Shown here: one piece after another, positions 17,100-26,263 of the stretch
Position numbering within the stretch: position 1 is the stretch's first letter
Layout of the letters: every line of letters starts with the position of its first letter
IMG/VR virus record: IMGVR_UViG_3300036045_000012
Span: 1-56,277 of that record
DNA from: a virus
Taxonomy: Duplodnaviria > Caudoviricetes
Direction: 5' to 3' (one strand)
Length of the DNA: 56,277 bases
Notes under the pieces: generated by a model
What the model was told of the DNA's origin: nothing
The model's input: the letters and a program-made list of their open reading frames with translations, nothing else
The model's database searches: none
Translations under genes and position numbers: made by a program

Positions 17100-17768
17100 C
17101 TATAAATTGTTGAGGAAGTCAGAAAGGTATTGCAGCTGGGGATGTGAGACGGGGATCAAGGTCGGCGTGTCGGCCCATAACGCAGAAAGTGGCACATTCG
17201 GATTCCGCGGATGAAGAATAGTCAAAGCCGCTCGAATACGCGCCTTGGATTCCTTTGAGCCGGGCCAAGTGGGAGGGTTAGTCGTGGCCTTCGCGCAAGA
17301 AATCATTCCACTAACGCACGCCATTTCATCGGGATGGAGTGCAGCGAGAACGTCGAGCAAATTGGTTTCTAGGCAGCCCAAGAGACCCGGCCCTGGAGAA
17401 AGTGCAACTGAAACCGTTCTCCCGTTTGCGCTTACCGGCGAGTAGGCCGCAGTCGGCACGGGAAAGTCAGTGGATACTTGCGTGTTGGCTCGCACGAATG
17501 CCGCTTGGATTCTCGTGAACGCGTCGGGGCTGGACAGATCATTGTCAGCGAACACCCCGAGCTTCTGGATGTTCGGAAATCCTGTGATACCCGACAAGCC
17601 GACCAAGTGGTCGGCCAGCGCATCAATGCCGGGCGCGTTTCCGGGGGCACCAACGCAAGTAATCTCGATAGGCGGAATAATGCCTTCGATTTTCATTTGG
17701 CGAACAAGGCCCATTTCCTCTTTGCCTTCGCAAATGAGCAAAGTGCCGAGATTGAATGGACCGATCAT
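17100..17768 (-). CDS. DUF3226-like TOPRIM-fold protein (putative nuclease effector)
   Basis: LLICEGKEE, GVFADND, PG..GCLET, SKARIRAAL. Confidence 0.75.
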   Translation of the reverse strand: MIGPFNLGTLLICEGKEEMGLVRQMKIEGIIPPIEITCVGAPGNAPGIDALADHLVGLSGITGFPNIQKLGVFADNDLSSPDAFTRIQAAFVRANTQVSTDFPVPTAAYSPVSANGRTVSVALSPGPGLLGCLETNLLDVLAALHPDEMACVSGMISCAKATTNPPTWPGSKESKARIRAALTILHPRNPNVPLSALWADTPTLIPVSHPQLQYLSDFLNNL

Positions 17769-17776
17769 GATTGCCT

Positions 17777-18871
17777 TTAACGAACCTCGCCAAGTTCGAC
17801 AGCTCTGTAGAATACAGGGCCAGAGAACTGCTCGAACTGCACCTCGTTGTTCTCAAGACGAGATCTCGCGAAACTGACTTGATCCGCCTTGTCCGGAAGG
17901 GCCCGCGTTAGCGCTCGCAAGCACTCTAAACTATGACTGGTGGCAATTACCTGAGAGTCGGAGTGCTCCGCCAGCTCGAACAATGAGCGCCATATGGACT
18001 CGTATCGATCATGGTACAGGCCGTTTTCAATCTCATCGACGAGCAATACTGACCGCGGGTTCGCGGCCATCCTGACCATCATGCCCGCCAAATGTGCAAC
18101 GCCGCCGGAGATCATCGTAAGCGGCAATTTTCGACCGTTGGCCATTCTGGCGTATAGCGCTGGGGGCCCGATCGGAGCCTCGATTGCAATGTCGTGCAAA
18201 AATTCGAACTCATTTCTGAACGCATCGACGAAGAGCTTCGGATCGCCATCCACGCTCAATCGTGAATAAGCCCGTGCTGTTTCAGCCTCAGAGACGTTCA
18301 TTCTGGCGGGTAAAAAGTGAACTCCAGGCCCGGCCGGCACAGGTTCGAATTTAAGGCCCTGCGGTGAAATTTGAGGCACAACCTCGTTTCGCCCATGAGG
18401 CCCTTCCCAAACGAACGTCATGCCCATGTGAGCAAGCCGGGAATCCCCGTCAGGGCTGAAAATCTGAGCCGAGCGTGTCTTTCGAATTTCGACACTCCGC
18501 ACGTCCCCACTGGTGTCTGTTATGGCGACTCTCGCCTCACCAAGGCTGGGATCCCGGAAGGTGTCGGACCATAGGGCGGCTTGAATGGTATCAAGGTCGC
18601 CTTGGATTTCCCCAAGTTCTCGGCCGCGCCACTGCTTGCTCTTCAGAAGATTTTCGGGGCTGTTGCCGCCCGCTAGGTAGACGGCTTCCAGCAACGCTGT
18701 CTTGCCGGTTCCGTTTGGGCCGACGACAACGTTTATCCGTTTCAGGTTGTCGATTGTTGCGCGCTCGATACCCCGGAAGTTCTCAATCGAGAGTGTTCGG
18801 ATCATCTGATAACCGGTCGATTTCAACCGCGCAGTTTCGCGCGAATCGAAAATGCCATTTTGGTTGGTCAT
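17777..18871 (-). CDS. ABC-type ATPase (AAA_15/AAA_21-like)
   Basis: IENFRGI, Walker A GPNGTGKT, signature ISGG, Walker B LLVDEIENGLY, ATSHS; alternative start 18805. Confidence 0.9.
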   Translation of the reverse strand: MTNQNGIFDSRETARLKSTGYQMIRTLSIENFRGIERATIDNLKRINVVVGPNGTGKTALLEAVYLAGGNSPENLLKSKQWRGRELGEIQGDLDTIQAALWSDTFRDPSLGEARVAITDTSGDVRSVEIRKTRSAQIFSPDGDSRLAHMGMTFVWEGPHGRNEVVPQISPQGLKFEPVPAGPGVHFLPARMNVSEAETARAYSRLSVDGDPKLFVDAFRNEFEFLHDIAIEAPIGPPALYARMANGRKLPLTMISGGVAHLAGMMVRMAANPRSVLLVDEIENGLYHDRYESIWRSLFELAEHSDSQVIATSHSLECLRALTRALPDKADQVSFARSRLENNEVQFEQFSGPVFYRAVELGEVR

Positions 18872-18977
18872 TGGCCATGACCCCCGCTTTGAGCGGGGGG
18901 CTGCGCCGATCTGTCACGCAACATAGGACATACTCCTTGCCGCACTTTCGTCAAGTGCATAACTAGGTATGCGGTCG

Positions 18978-19595
18978 TCATGCTGCATCCTTCAGCTGGC
19001 GCGCGAGATCGGTGACCTCGGCTTCGACATAGGTCCAGTCCTTGTAAGTCTCCCAGTCGCGCACGATGTCATCTGGGCGATGGTGTCTCGGCAAGAAATC
19101 GCCGCTGTGTGCGCAGTCGAAGCCCAGCCACCACACGTCGTCGGGCTCGCCTTCGCCGGGAATGTGGCAGATGCCAGATGCCGTCGCCCATCGGCAGAAG
19201 GCGTCGAAGTCTTCGAGTTCGACGGCGCGCTCTTTCAGCAAATGCGCGGCGTCGCCCACCGGGTAGCGCTGCGCTTCCGCTCGGCGCGCGTAAGCTCGCT
19301 GGCGCCACGCCTCCCAACGCTCGAGCGTCGGGTGTTCGGCGCAGCCAGATGCGAACGTCAAGCCGCCATGGACCTTCACGTCCACATCGTCGTAGCCTGC
19401 GCCATGCGCGGGGTGTCCGCGCTCGACGCCGACATAGCCGCAGAGGCTGCCGGATGGCCCGCGAACGATCAGGCACGCCAGCCCGGTTGCTTCGTCCTTC
19501 CACTGCTTCTTGTCCGGCTCCTGTTTCCATGGCCCCGGCGGCCACGCCGCCTTATCCACGACATCGCGATATTCGATCGTCTTCAATGCCATCAC
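18978..19595 (-). CDS. Conserved phage hypothetical protein
   Basis: LCGYVGV..HP, VHGGLTF, WWLGFDCAH.GD. Confidence 0.8.
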   Translation of the reverse strand: MMALKTIEYRDVVDKAAWPPGPWKQEPDKKQWKDEATGLACLIVRGPSGSLCGYVGVERGHPAHGAGYDDVDVKVHGGLTFASGCAEHPTLERWEAWRQRAYARRAEAQRYPVGDAAHLLKERAVELEDFDAFCRWATASGICHIPGEGEPDDVWWLGFDCAHSGDFLPRHHRPDDIVRDWETYKDWTYVEAEVTDLARQLKDAA

Positions 19596-19759
19596 CCTCC
19601 TCCATTCCCCGCCAGCAAGGGGCGGGGGCTGCGGCTGTCAGACGGGAACGCCCGCCGAACAAATCTCCCGGATATCTCCCGTCTTGATCGGCATGTTCCC
19701 GATTCTTCCTGCAAAGATCGGCAAAGTCTCGATGGTCCCGAAGGGCCGGGGAGGGGCGC

Positions 19760-19794
19760 TTGCATCCCATGGCGGCCATGCGTAGAAGCGCGCC
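19760..19794 (+). promoter_or_regulatory. Stable-RNA-type promoter preceding tRNA fragment
   Basis: TTGCAT-17-TAGAAG followed by GC-rich CGCGCC, 4 nt before tRNA 5' end. Confidence 0.65.
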
Positions 19795-19798
19795 TTCC

Positions 19799-19838
<40 letters not shown>

Positions 19839-19845
19839 GGACTCT

Positions 19846-20874
19846 TCATCTGCGTTGCGCCTTGCGCGCCAAGGGTTTGACGGCGACTGGCTTTTCCGTG
19901 CTCCCGTATTGCTCCCATCCATGCGCCAGAACCTCCGCGGCGAGGTCGTCCGTACCGGCGTGGACGTAGCGCATGGCCAGATCGGCCGATTTCCACCCGC
20001 ATTGCTGCATCAGGAAGGTCAGGTCGCGCTTCACGGCATAGGCCCAGGTGGCGCGCGTGTGTCGGAGCACGTGCAGGTGAATGTGGGGCAGGGCGTGGCG
20101 AGCGCAGACCTTGCCGAGCTGAAGGTTCACGGCGTCGTAGCCGTGCCACGGCTCACCGCGGCTGTTCAGGAACACGAAGTCGTCCGGCGCCGTGCGCTGG
20201 GGCAGGGCGGCGCGCACGCGCTCCCCAAGATCGACGTGGCGCGCGTAATCGCCCTTCGTCTCCCAGAAGGTGATGCGCTGTGCGGCGGGGCTCACATCTC
20301 GCCAGCGCAGGTCGATCAGCTCGCTCGCTCGCGCGCCGGTCCCGGCATAGACGGTAAGGATGGGCACGAGATGATCTGCGACGGCGAGCAACGCTTCGAT
20401 CTCTGCGGGCGTTCGCCAGTCGATGCGGCCTGCCGGCTGTGACGGGCGCCGGATACGGCGGCGATAGCTTTCGCCCCATGAATCTGCGGCCCAGTTCAGC
20501 ACCGCCGAGATCGGCGTATAGACCTTGCGAACCCGCGTGGAGGACTTCGCGTGCGGGAAGAGGCGCACGGCGATCTCGTCGATCACGTCCTGCGTGACCT
20601 TCGTCAGCGGCCGGTCGCCGATCTCAAGCAGGATCGCGCTCAAGTGTTCTCGCTCTCCGCCGCCGCGCATGTAACCAGTCGCGGCTTCGGCGAAGGTCCT
20701 TTCCGGCGCCTTGCCGAGGACTTCCTCGTCGAAGATCCTGCGTTCCGTCGCTTCGAGGACTTTTTCGGCGTCGGCTCTGACGCGAGTGCGAGCGCTTGCG
20801 TCAACGCTGCGCCCGTGGTGCGTACCGCGGATGCGGAAGATGCCGTTGGCGTACAATTCGAGCCGGAGGGGCAT
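19846..20874 (-). CDS. int: Tyrosine integrase
   Basis: TGARASEL (R), ETKG (K), HVLRHT, GWKS..AMRYVH (Y). Confidence 0.92.
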   Translation of the reverse strand: MPLRLELYANGIFRIRGTHHGRSVDASARTRVRADAEKVLEATERRIFDEEVLGKAPERTFAEAATGYMRGGGEREHLSAILLEIGDRPLTKVTQDVIDEIAVRLFPHAKSSTRVRKVYTPISAVLNWAADSWGESYRRRIRRPSQPAGRIDWRTPAEIEALLAVADHLVPILTVYAGTGARASELIDLRWRDVSPAAQRITFWETKGDYARHVDLGERVRAALPQRTAPDDFVFLNSRGEPWHGYDAVNLQLGKVCARHALPHIHLHVLRHTRATWAYAVKRDLTFLMQQCGWKSADLAMRYVHAGTDDLAAEVLAHGWEQYGSTEKPVAVKPLARKAQRR

Positions 20875-21044
20875 GGGCGAGGCTCCAGGACGGCTTCCAG
20901 CGCCGCGATATGTTTCGGGAAGAGCCTGCGGCGATTCCCCAGCCGTACACACAAGCCCGTCTCGTCCAGCTTGACGCGGAACGCCCGCAGGGAAAAGCCG
21001 AACCTTTCGGCGGCCTCGTGGTCGGTGATCGCCCGATCAGCCAT
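20640..21044 (-). CDS. xis: Excisionase-like HTH protein overlapping int start
   Basis: ITDHEAAERFGFSLRAF..GNRRRLF. Confidence 0.65.
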   Translation of the reverse strand: MADRAITDHEAAERFGFSLRAFRVKLDETGLCVRLGNRRRLFPKHIAALEAVLEPRPCPSGSNCTPTASSASAVRTTGAALTQALALASEPTPKKSSKRRNAGSSTRKSSARRRKGPSPKPRLVTCAAAESENT

Positions 21045-21615
21045 CCCAGCGCGCGCCCTTGCGGAGGTTGTCGGCCGCCCAGAGCGGCTGAAGGTTTTCG
21101 AGCGCCCACGCCGCCTTGAACTCGGGGCAGTCAGGGCCGGTGATCGCGAACGAGCTGAGAGGGCGGACGTGATCGACGTGCCAAGAACCGGCGTTCTCCC
21201 AGCTCATGCCCTCGGTGAAGCGGGCTTCGAGGTGGGCACGGAGGTCTTCAAGCGTGTAGCCGACCAGCGTCTGCCACTTGCGCCGTTCCCGGCCGCCGAT
21301 CGCATCCCATATCTGTTTGCTGATGCGGCGATTGAGACGGAACACCGGGTCCTCAGCCTCTCGATCTCTGAACCACTGGTTGCGATAGGCCCTTTTGGCG
21401 GCGCGTTTTTCGTCCGCATGGACGCGCTCGCGTTCCTGCAAGCTTGCAACGGATTCACGGAACGCCGACGCGAGATAATCGACCGAGGCATCTTCCGGCC
21501 ACTCGAAGTCTACACCGGGCTTGCGGTATTCCCATGCCCAGTGAAATTCCGCCTTCACGGCCATGCGGACGTCCGAGGCTTTCACGGGGACGGCCCTCTC
21601 GCGCATCTCAGGCAT
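21037..21615 (-). CDS. HNH endonuclease-like protein
   Basis: GMSWEN..WHVDHVRPL..NLQPLWAADNLRKG; start MPEMR. Confidence 0.8.
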   Translation of the reverse strand: MPEMRERAVPVKASDVRMAVKAEFHWAWEYRKPGVDFEWPEDASVDYLASAFRESVASLQERERVHADEKRAAKRAYRNQWFRDREAEDPVFRLNRRISKQIWDAIGGRERRKWQTLVGYTLEDLRAHLEARFTEGMSWENAGSWHVDHVRPLSSFAITGPDCPEFKAAWALENLQPLWAADNLRKGARWDG

Positions 21616-22255
21616 GGGAAACCCCGAAAAGATCAGGATGAACGGACGCAATGCGCTGCTGCGCCAACGCGACGTAGGCAGGCTCAATCTCAATCCCGAC
21701 GAAGGCGCGGGACAGCTTTGCACACGCAACCCCCGTCGAGCCCGACCCCATGAACGGATCGCAGACGATCTCGCCGGGATCGCTCGCCCAATCGACAAGC
21801 CAATCCATGTGACGTTGCGCGCGTGAACACGGATGGCCGTTCGGCGGGCGGTCACCGGGCTGCGCCATCGGCGCGCGACCGGGAATGACGCGCCGCCCCG
21901 GCGCTGAGGCAATCGGTTCGCCGAACCAATAGGCAAGCTCGGCGCCGCCGAGCTTGCGCCCAATGTATCCGGGCATCGCATAGTCCATCGTGATCGCACG
22001 GAAGAAGCGCAGGCGCTCCGGCACATGCCGCAGGAAACGAGGATCGCTGTCGCCGCGCAGGATGACGACAAGGCGCTTCACATCGGGAAGCACGGCCATC
22101 GCCTCCCGCCACAAGCCGTCGGGGTCTTCGCTTCCCTGCAGCAATCCCGCCGGGCAGTTCGGCCATACTGGATCGGTGATGATTGCATCGCACCGGACTC
22201 CCAGAAGGATTTCGCGTGCGTCGCCCTCGATGATTGTGGCGCGCATCTCAGGCAT
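21608..22255 (-). CDS. Orphan amino (N4/N6) DNA methyltransferase
   Basis: IITDPVW (motif IV variant), VCDPFMGSGSTG, GIEIEP. Confidence 0.85.
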   Translation of the reverse strand: MPEMRATIIEGDAREILLGVRCDAIITDPVWPNCPAGLLQGSEDPDGLWREAMAVLPDVKRLVVILRGDSDPRFLRHVPERLRFFRAITMDYAMPGYIGRKLGGAELAYWFGEPIASAPGRRVIPGRAPMAQPGDRPPNGHPCSRAQRHMDWLVDWASDPGEIVCDPFMGSGSTGVACAKLSRAFVGIEIEPAYVALAQQRIASVHPDLFGVSHA

Positions 22256-22282
22256 GTTCCGCTCCTGCGGGAAGAGGGGCGC

Positions 22283-22522
22283 TCATGGGAGCGCCGCCCT
22301 TACGCCAGCGTCCTTCGCTTCCAGAAGCTTGCGGAGCGCGACCGTGCGTTCGGCGTTGCGCGGGGTGGTGTCGATGATGTGCCGGGCGAGATCGCAGAAC
22401 GGCTTGGAGCGCGTTTGCAAGCCGGGCGGCAGGTGCGCATAGTGGAAGAAGCGCAGGATCGCGTCGGCTGCGATTTCGTCAGCCGTGAACTCTTGCGGCG
22501 CGGGGTGGATTTCGTTGGTCAT
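22283..22522 (-). CDS. Small helical-hairpin protein, Acb2/Tad1-like candidate
   Basis: FFHYAHLPP..PF..LA..PRNAERTVALRKLLEAKD..VRA. Confidence 0.6.
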   Translation of the reverse strand: MTNEIHPAPQEFTADEIAADAILRFFHYAHLPPGLQTRSKPFCDLARHIIDTTPRNAERTVALRKLLEAKDAGVRAALP

Positions 22523-22840
22523 CTATGCGTTTCCTTCTGCTTGCAGACGCGCGGACAGCCGCGCCTCGATTTCGCGCAACATCGCGCGGACGTCGGCTTT
22601 CTCGGTGTTGGAGATGTAGTTGAAGCGACCCGGCGCAGGGCCTTCGTGCTCCATGTCGTAGATCGCGAGGAAGAAGCCGACACGCTCGCCTCTTTCGCGC
22701 GCTTTCGCTCCGCCTTCGCCGTTCAAAATCTCGTCTAAAGAGACGGCGAGCGCCTTCATCTCTGCGCGATACTTCTCCTGTATCGGCCCCGGTTGCGCGC
22801 TGAGGTCGTCCATTATCTTGCGGCGCTTAGCTTCGCCCAT
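22523..22840 (-). CDS. Phage hypothetical protein
   Basis: MGEAKRRK start, RFNYISN; GGAG RBS. Confidence 0.75.
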   Translation of the reverse strand: MGEAKRRKIMDDLSAQPGPIQEKYRAEMKALAVSLDEILNGEGGAKARERGERVGFFLAIYDMEHEGPAPGRFNYISNTEKADVRAMLREIEARLSARLQAEGNA

Positions 22841-22933
22841 TGTTCGTCTCCATAATTGCTCCTGCGGGAAGAGGGGCCCTCACCGGCGCCGCCCCTTCGC
22901 GGAGTGTCTTTCCTTGAGGGGCAGGCCCGCCGT

Positions 22934-23236
22934 TCATTCCTGAATCCCTTTCAGGTGATGGGCGACGGAACGGCCGAGAGGGGTGAGTTCGAAACGCATG
23001 CGGTCGCGGGGGCCAGACGCAGAGCCGTCAGCGAAAAAGCCTCGAAGCAACCCCTGTCGTGTCAGCGCCCGCTGCGTGGCCACGCCAGCGTGCACATGGA
23101 CTTCCGTCGACGCGAGCCAATCGTCGGAATACCGTCCGAAATGGTCAGCAAGGCCGCAAACCGCTTTGCGTTGAGTGGCCGAAAGCCTCCGCACAATCTC
23201 TTCCACCCTGAGCTTTTCGGACGTGGGGTCAGTCAT
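22934..23236 (-). CDS. Hypothetical protein (winged-helix-like)
   Basis: ALTRQGLL..FELTPLGRSVA; AGGAG RBS. Confidence 0.65.
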   Translation of the reverse strand: MTDPTSEKLRVEEIVRRLSATQRKAVCGLADHFGRYSDDWLASTEVHVHAGVATQRALTRQGLLRGFFADGSASGPRDRMRFELTPLGRSVAHHLKGIQE

Positions 23237-23717
23237 GTTCGGACTCCTGGCGGGGGAGGGCGCGGTCGAGAAATGCGTCGAGCGCCTTTCCAGCGTGTGC
23301 GGCGCGGTCGCGATCTTCGTTCGCGCGGAAGAGAAGTTCTCTCTGCGGGTCGCCCGCCTTTATCGCGAGGACGAGTAATTCCTGCCCGCCTTCGATGAGG
23401 CCGAGCGCAGAGCGCGCGCTGTTCATCAGCAACAGCGCCTCTTCCTCGCACACCTTCGCCGCCTGTTCCCGAAGGTCGGACGTCGCAGGCGCCACCCGCA
23501 TTCCCGCCTTTTCCAGTGCGGAGAGGTGGGCGGTGATGGCGGCGCGGGCGTGCTGATGCGCGCGCAGGCGATGATCGCCAGAGCGAGGGTCGTCGTACGG
23601 AATGATCTCTACGTTGATCGGCTTGCCAGCCTCGGTGTGCGCCCACTCGAATGCGGGCGCTTGCGCATAGATCGCCCGCGCGACTTCTTCCTCTACCTGG
23701 TTGGGGGTGTCAGGCAT
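23229..23717 (-). CDS. Phage hypothetical protein
   Basis: MPDTPNQVEEEVARAIY; overlaps both neighbours. Confidence 0.65.
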   Translation of the reverse strand: MPDTPNQVEEEVARAIYAQAPAFEWAHTEAGKPINVEIIPYDDPRSGDHRLRAHQHARAAITAHLSALEKAGMRVAPATSDLREQAAKVCEEEALLLMNSARSALGLIEGGQELLVLAIKAGDPQRELLFRANEDRDRAAHAGKALDAFLDRALPRQESEHD

Positions 23718-24201
23718 TGGGGGCGTCCTTGCGCTCGGAGGCATGCGGAAATTCAGGCTTGCCGAACTGGAACCACGTCTCAAACGGCACTGGCGCGGCA
23801 AGGCTGATTGCGCCGCCGAACGTGCTCATGAGGTCGTGCAGTTGCCACTCCGACCAGCCTTCGGCGTCTTCCTTCGGCGGCGTGTAATCGAAGAGCCCTA
23901 TATATCGCTCGTCATACAAACGCCGGTGATACGCGCGGCCTTCTTTGGTGAGCTTCACGCGCACCTTGTCGTTCGCGTTGAACCACGTCCAATCGCTCGC
24001 CGCCTTCCCCTCACTCTCTTCGAGAGCGGCGGCGAGGCGGGTGAGCGCGCTGGCGGCTTCCGCGTATTCAAGGAGACGAAGGTCTTCCTCCATCGTGTCG
24101 GCGACGCCGCCGCGCGACAGTTGCGCAGACAGCGCGCGGTGACGCGCCATCCATGCGCTGGCGATCGTGCGCGCCTCCGCAATCAGTTCCTTCTCAGTCA
24201 T
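23710..24201 (-). CDS. Phage hypothetical protein
   Basis: FNANDKVRVKLTKEG..GWSEWQLHDLMSTFG phage domain. Confidence 0.7.
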   Translation of the reverse strand: MTEKELIAEARTIASAWMARHRALSAQLSRGGVADTMEEDLRLLEYAEAASALTRLAAALEESEGKAASDWTWFNANDKVRVKLTKEGRAYHRRLYDERYIGLFDYTPPKEDAEGWSEWQLHDLMSTFGGAISLAAPVPFETWFQFGKPEFPHASERKDAPNA

Positions 24202-24550
24202 CGGTCTTCCCCGGGGAAAGGGCGGCGCGGGCCGCAAGCATTCGCGCATCGCACTCGGATACACTCATGCCGTCGCCGTCCACGCAGGCGTTGGTCATTT
24301 CGACAAGACTTGCCAGCGCCTCCCGCATCCGCGCGTTGTCGGCTTGAAGGGCTTGCTTCGCGCGCACGGTCGCACACTCGAATATCTCGGCGACCAAGCA
24401 CGCCAGTTCGTCCTTGCTCATTCGTGTTGCTGCCGCTGGCGCTCCGCCATGACCGATCCTGCCGGCGAACCACTTCTCAGCAAACGCAAAGCCGAACTGC
24501 GTCGCTTCCTCCCACACCCGCTTGGCTTCTGAAAGAGGGGAGCTAGGCAT
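24194..24550 (-). CDS. Phage hypothetical protein
   Basis: Coupled in early-left operon; LQADNARMREAL..ARAAL. Confidence 0.6.
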   Translation of the reverse strand: MPSSPLSEAKRVWEEATQFGFAFAEKWFAGRIGHGGAPAAATRMSKDELACLVAEIFECATVRAKQALQADNARMREALASLVEMTNACVDGDGMSVSECDARMLAARAALSPGKTDD

Positions 24551-24776
24551 TGTTGCTCTCCGTTAAAAGAAGACCGGTAAATGGATGGAGGCGGACAATC
24601 TCAGGCGAGAGGCCGGTCTCCATCAAAAGCGAAAGCGGTACATCGCATTCAATGGCCGTGGCGCGCACGACGCAGCCGCCGGATCGAAGCGTTTGCCAGG
24701 TCTGCTCGCGGACCTGGGCCAGCTTCTGCACCACAGCCGCTTCAATCTCTTCTTCGGTCGGGATGGGGCTAGGCAT
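24543..24776 (-). CDS. Phage hypothetical protein
   Basis: Coupled in early-left operon. Confidence 0.55.
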   Translation of the reverse strand: MPSPIPTEEEIEAAVVQKLAQVREQTWQTLRSGGCVVRATAIECDVPLSLLMETGLSPEIVRLHPFTGLLLTESNNA

Positions 24777-24779
24777 TGG

Positions 24780-25037
24780 TCACAGCCACTTCGTTTTGTG
24801 AGAGAATGCGCGATGCACGGGACGCTTCCCGGCGGCGACGTTCTTGCGGCAAAGTGAGCAATCACCTTCGGTGCCGGGCGGTCCTCGAAAAATCGAAAAG
24901 CGGGCGGCGTTACTGCGGTTCCAACCGTAGTCGCACATTGGCCAGAGAAATCCCGCCACGGTCTCGGCGTAGGTGTGCGACTGGGCGTGCTTGTCATTGC
25001 GACATTGGCCGCAGCGATAAAAGGCAACCCGGCTCAT
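24780..25037 (-). CDS. Cys-rich hypothetical protein
   Basis: CGQC..C..CSLC; ATGA overlap. Confidence 0.6.
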   Translation of the reverse strand: MSRVAFYRCGQCRNDKHAQSHTYAETVAGFLWPMCDYGWNRSNAARFSIFRGPPGTEGDCSLCRKNVAAGKRPVHRAFSHKTKWL

Positions 25038-25402
25038 CCCACTTCCCCCAGCACAGCAGGCCAATTTGCATCTCCATAGCGGAGATAGTTGTCGATGGCG
25101 TCAGCGGCTTGAGCGGGGGTGATGGAGGCGTAATCGAACCGCATCGGCGGATAGTAGAGTCCGGCGAGGTCGGGACGAGCGCTGGGGCGCTCGCCGTCAT
25201 ATGCGTGATAGCCGAGCTCTTCGACCCACCCGGCAATGCACGCAGCAGAGCCGCACCCTTGGCCGGTGAGATCGTCGGTCTCTTCGGGATAGCGAAACTC
25301 CATATTAAAGCCGAGGTCTTCTTCGCCCTCGATCCTCAACGGTTCTCCCGCTCTCAGGATATCCCGCACCTTTTCCAGGCATTTTCTCGTGGGGGTGGTC
25401 AT
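25034..25402 (-). CDS. Phage hypothetical protein
   Basis: CGSAACIAGW..ITPAQAADAIDNYL. Confidence 0.7.
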   Translation of the reverse strand: MTTPTRKCLEKVRDILRAGEPLRIEGEEDLGFNMEFRYPEETDDLTGQGCGSAACIAGWVEELGYHAYDGERPSARPDLAGLYYPPMRFDYASITPAQAADAIDNYLRYGDANWPAVLGEVG

Positions 25403-25683
25403 GGGGCCACCGGAAGAAAAACGTGGAAGACGAGGCCGCGATGATCGATGCGGTTCAGGAAGCGAACCGGCGCGTCGGGAAATCCGTGGCCCGTGCCGAT
25501 GATATGGAACTCGTGGCGTTGAAATGGCGCTCGCGGGTCAACCACGGCCCAAGCACGCATCACGTTGTCCTGCATCTGAACGCTGACGATCTCGGCTCCC
25601 GCCGGCGCTTCAATCATTGCGCCAAAGCTGTCGTTCATCCGCACATCGTACTTGTAGATCGTCTTCGCCATGTCCGTTTCCAT
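25399..25683 (-). CDS. Conserved phage hypothetical protein
   Basis: TIYKY..PAGAEIVSVQ..WAVVDP..IIGTGH..VFHVF. Confidence 0.75.
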   Translation of the reverse strand: METDMAKTIYKYDVRMNDSFGAMIEAPAGAEIVSVQMQDNVMRAWAVVDPRAPFQRHEFHIIGTGHGFPDAPVRFLNRIDHRGLVFHVFLPVAP

Positions 25684-25722
25684 CCTTCTATTTTAGCGAG
25701 CGGGCGCGAGAGAGGGCGGCGC

Positions 25723-26247
25723 TCACGACGGCGTGCGTTCGATCACGGTCGCCGCAGAGCGTCCGTTCAACGCAAGCGGTTGGTCGCTGTAGAGATAGTC
25801 GCCGGACCACTGCACGTACTGGCCGGTGGAGGTCCAGAAATAGACGTAGCGGTCGGAGTCGCCGTAGGTGCCGTCATATGATGGCGCGACCCGGCCCATG
25901 TCGCAGGTTCCGAATTCGCCGCCGCAGTCGCCACTCAAATAGGGGTTCTCAAGGCGCTTTCCGCTCGACGTCACCTTGCCCTTGATCGTGTAGTAGGCGA
26001 CGGGCTGGCCGAAATTCAGCAGCACGATGTAGCCGAGCAGATCGGGCTGGGCGACGAGGTTGGAGCGCTTGACGATGTTCTCGCGCTCGGCGTTGCCGCC
26101 ACTGAAATCCACCGACTGCGCGGCTTTTGCCGCTTCGCGCGCCTGTTGCTCGCGGACGGGGACGTCGGGCGAGCCGACGCCCTCTGGCCCGCACGCGGCG
26201 AGCATGGCGACGACCGAGACGGCGATGACGAGTTTCTTCATGTGCAT
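25723..26247 (-). CDS. Lipoprotein
   Basis: MKKLVIAVSVVAMLAAC lipobox; IKGKVTS..DGTYG..YFWT..YVQW..YLYSD. Confidence 0.8.
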   Translation of the reverse strand: MHMKKLVIAVSVVAMLAACGPEGVGSPDVPVREQQAREAAKAAQSVDFSGGNAERENIVKRSNLVAQPDLLGYIVLLNFGQPVAYYTIKGKVTSSGKRLENPYLSGDCGGEFGTCDMGRVAPSYDGTYGDSDRYVYFWTSTGQYVQWSGDYLYSDQPLALNGRSAATVIERTPS

Positions 26248-26263
26248 GCTCTCCGTGCGGCCG

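Larger units (their letters stand above)
15836..18967 (+). mobile_element. IS1595-family element with passenger genes (3132 bp)
   Basis: Perfect 25-bp IRs CCTAGTTATGCACTTGACGAAAGTG; 8-bp TSD TATGCGGT at 15828-35 and 18968-75. Confidence 0.95.
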
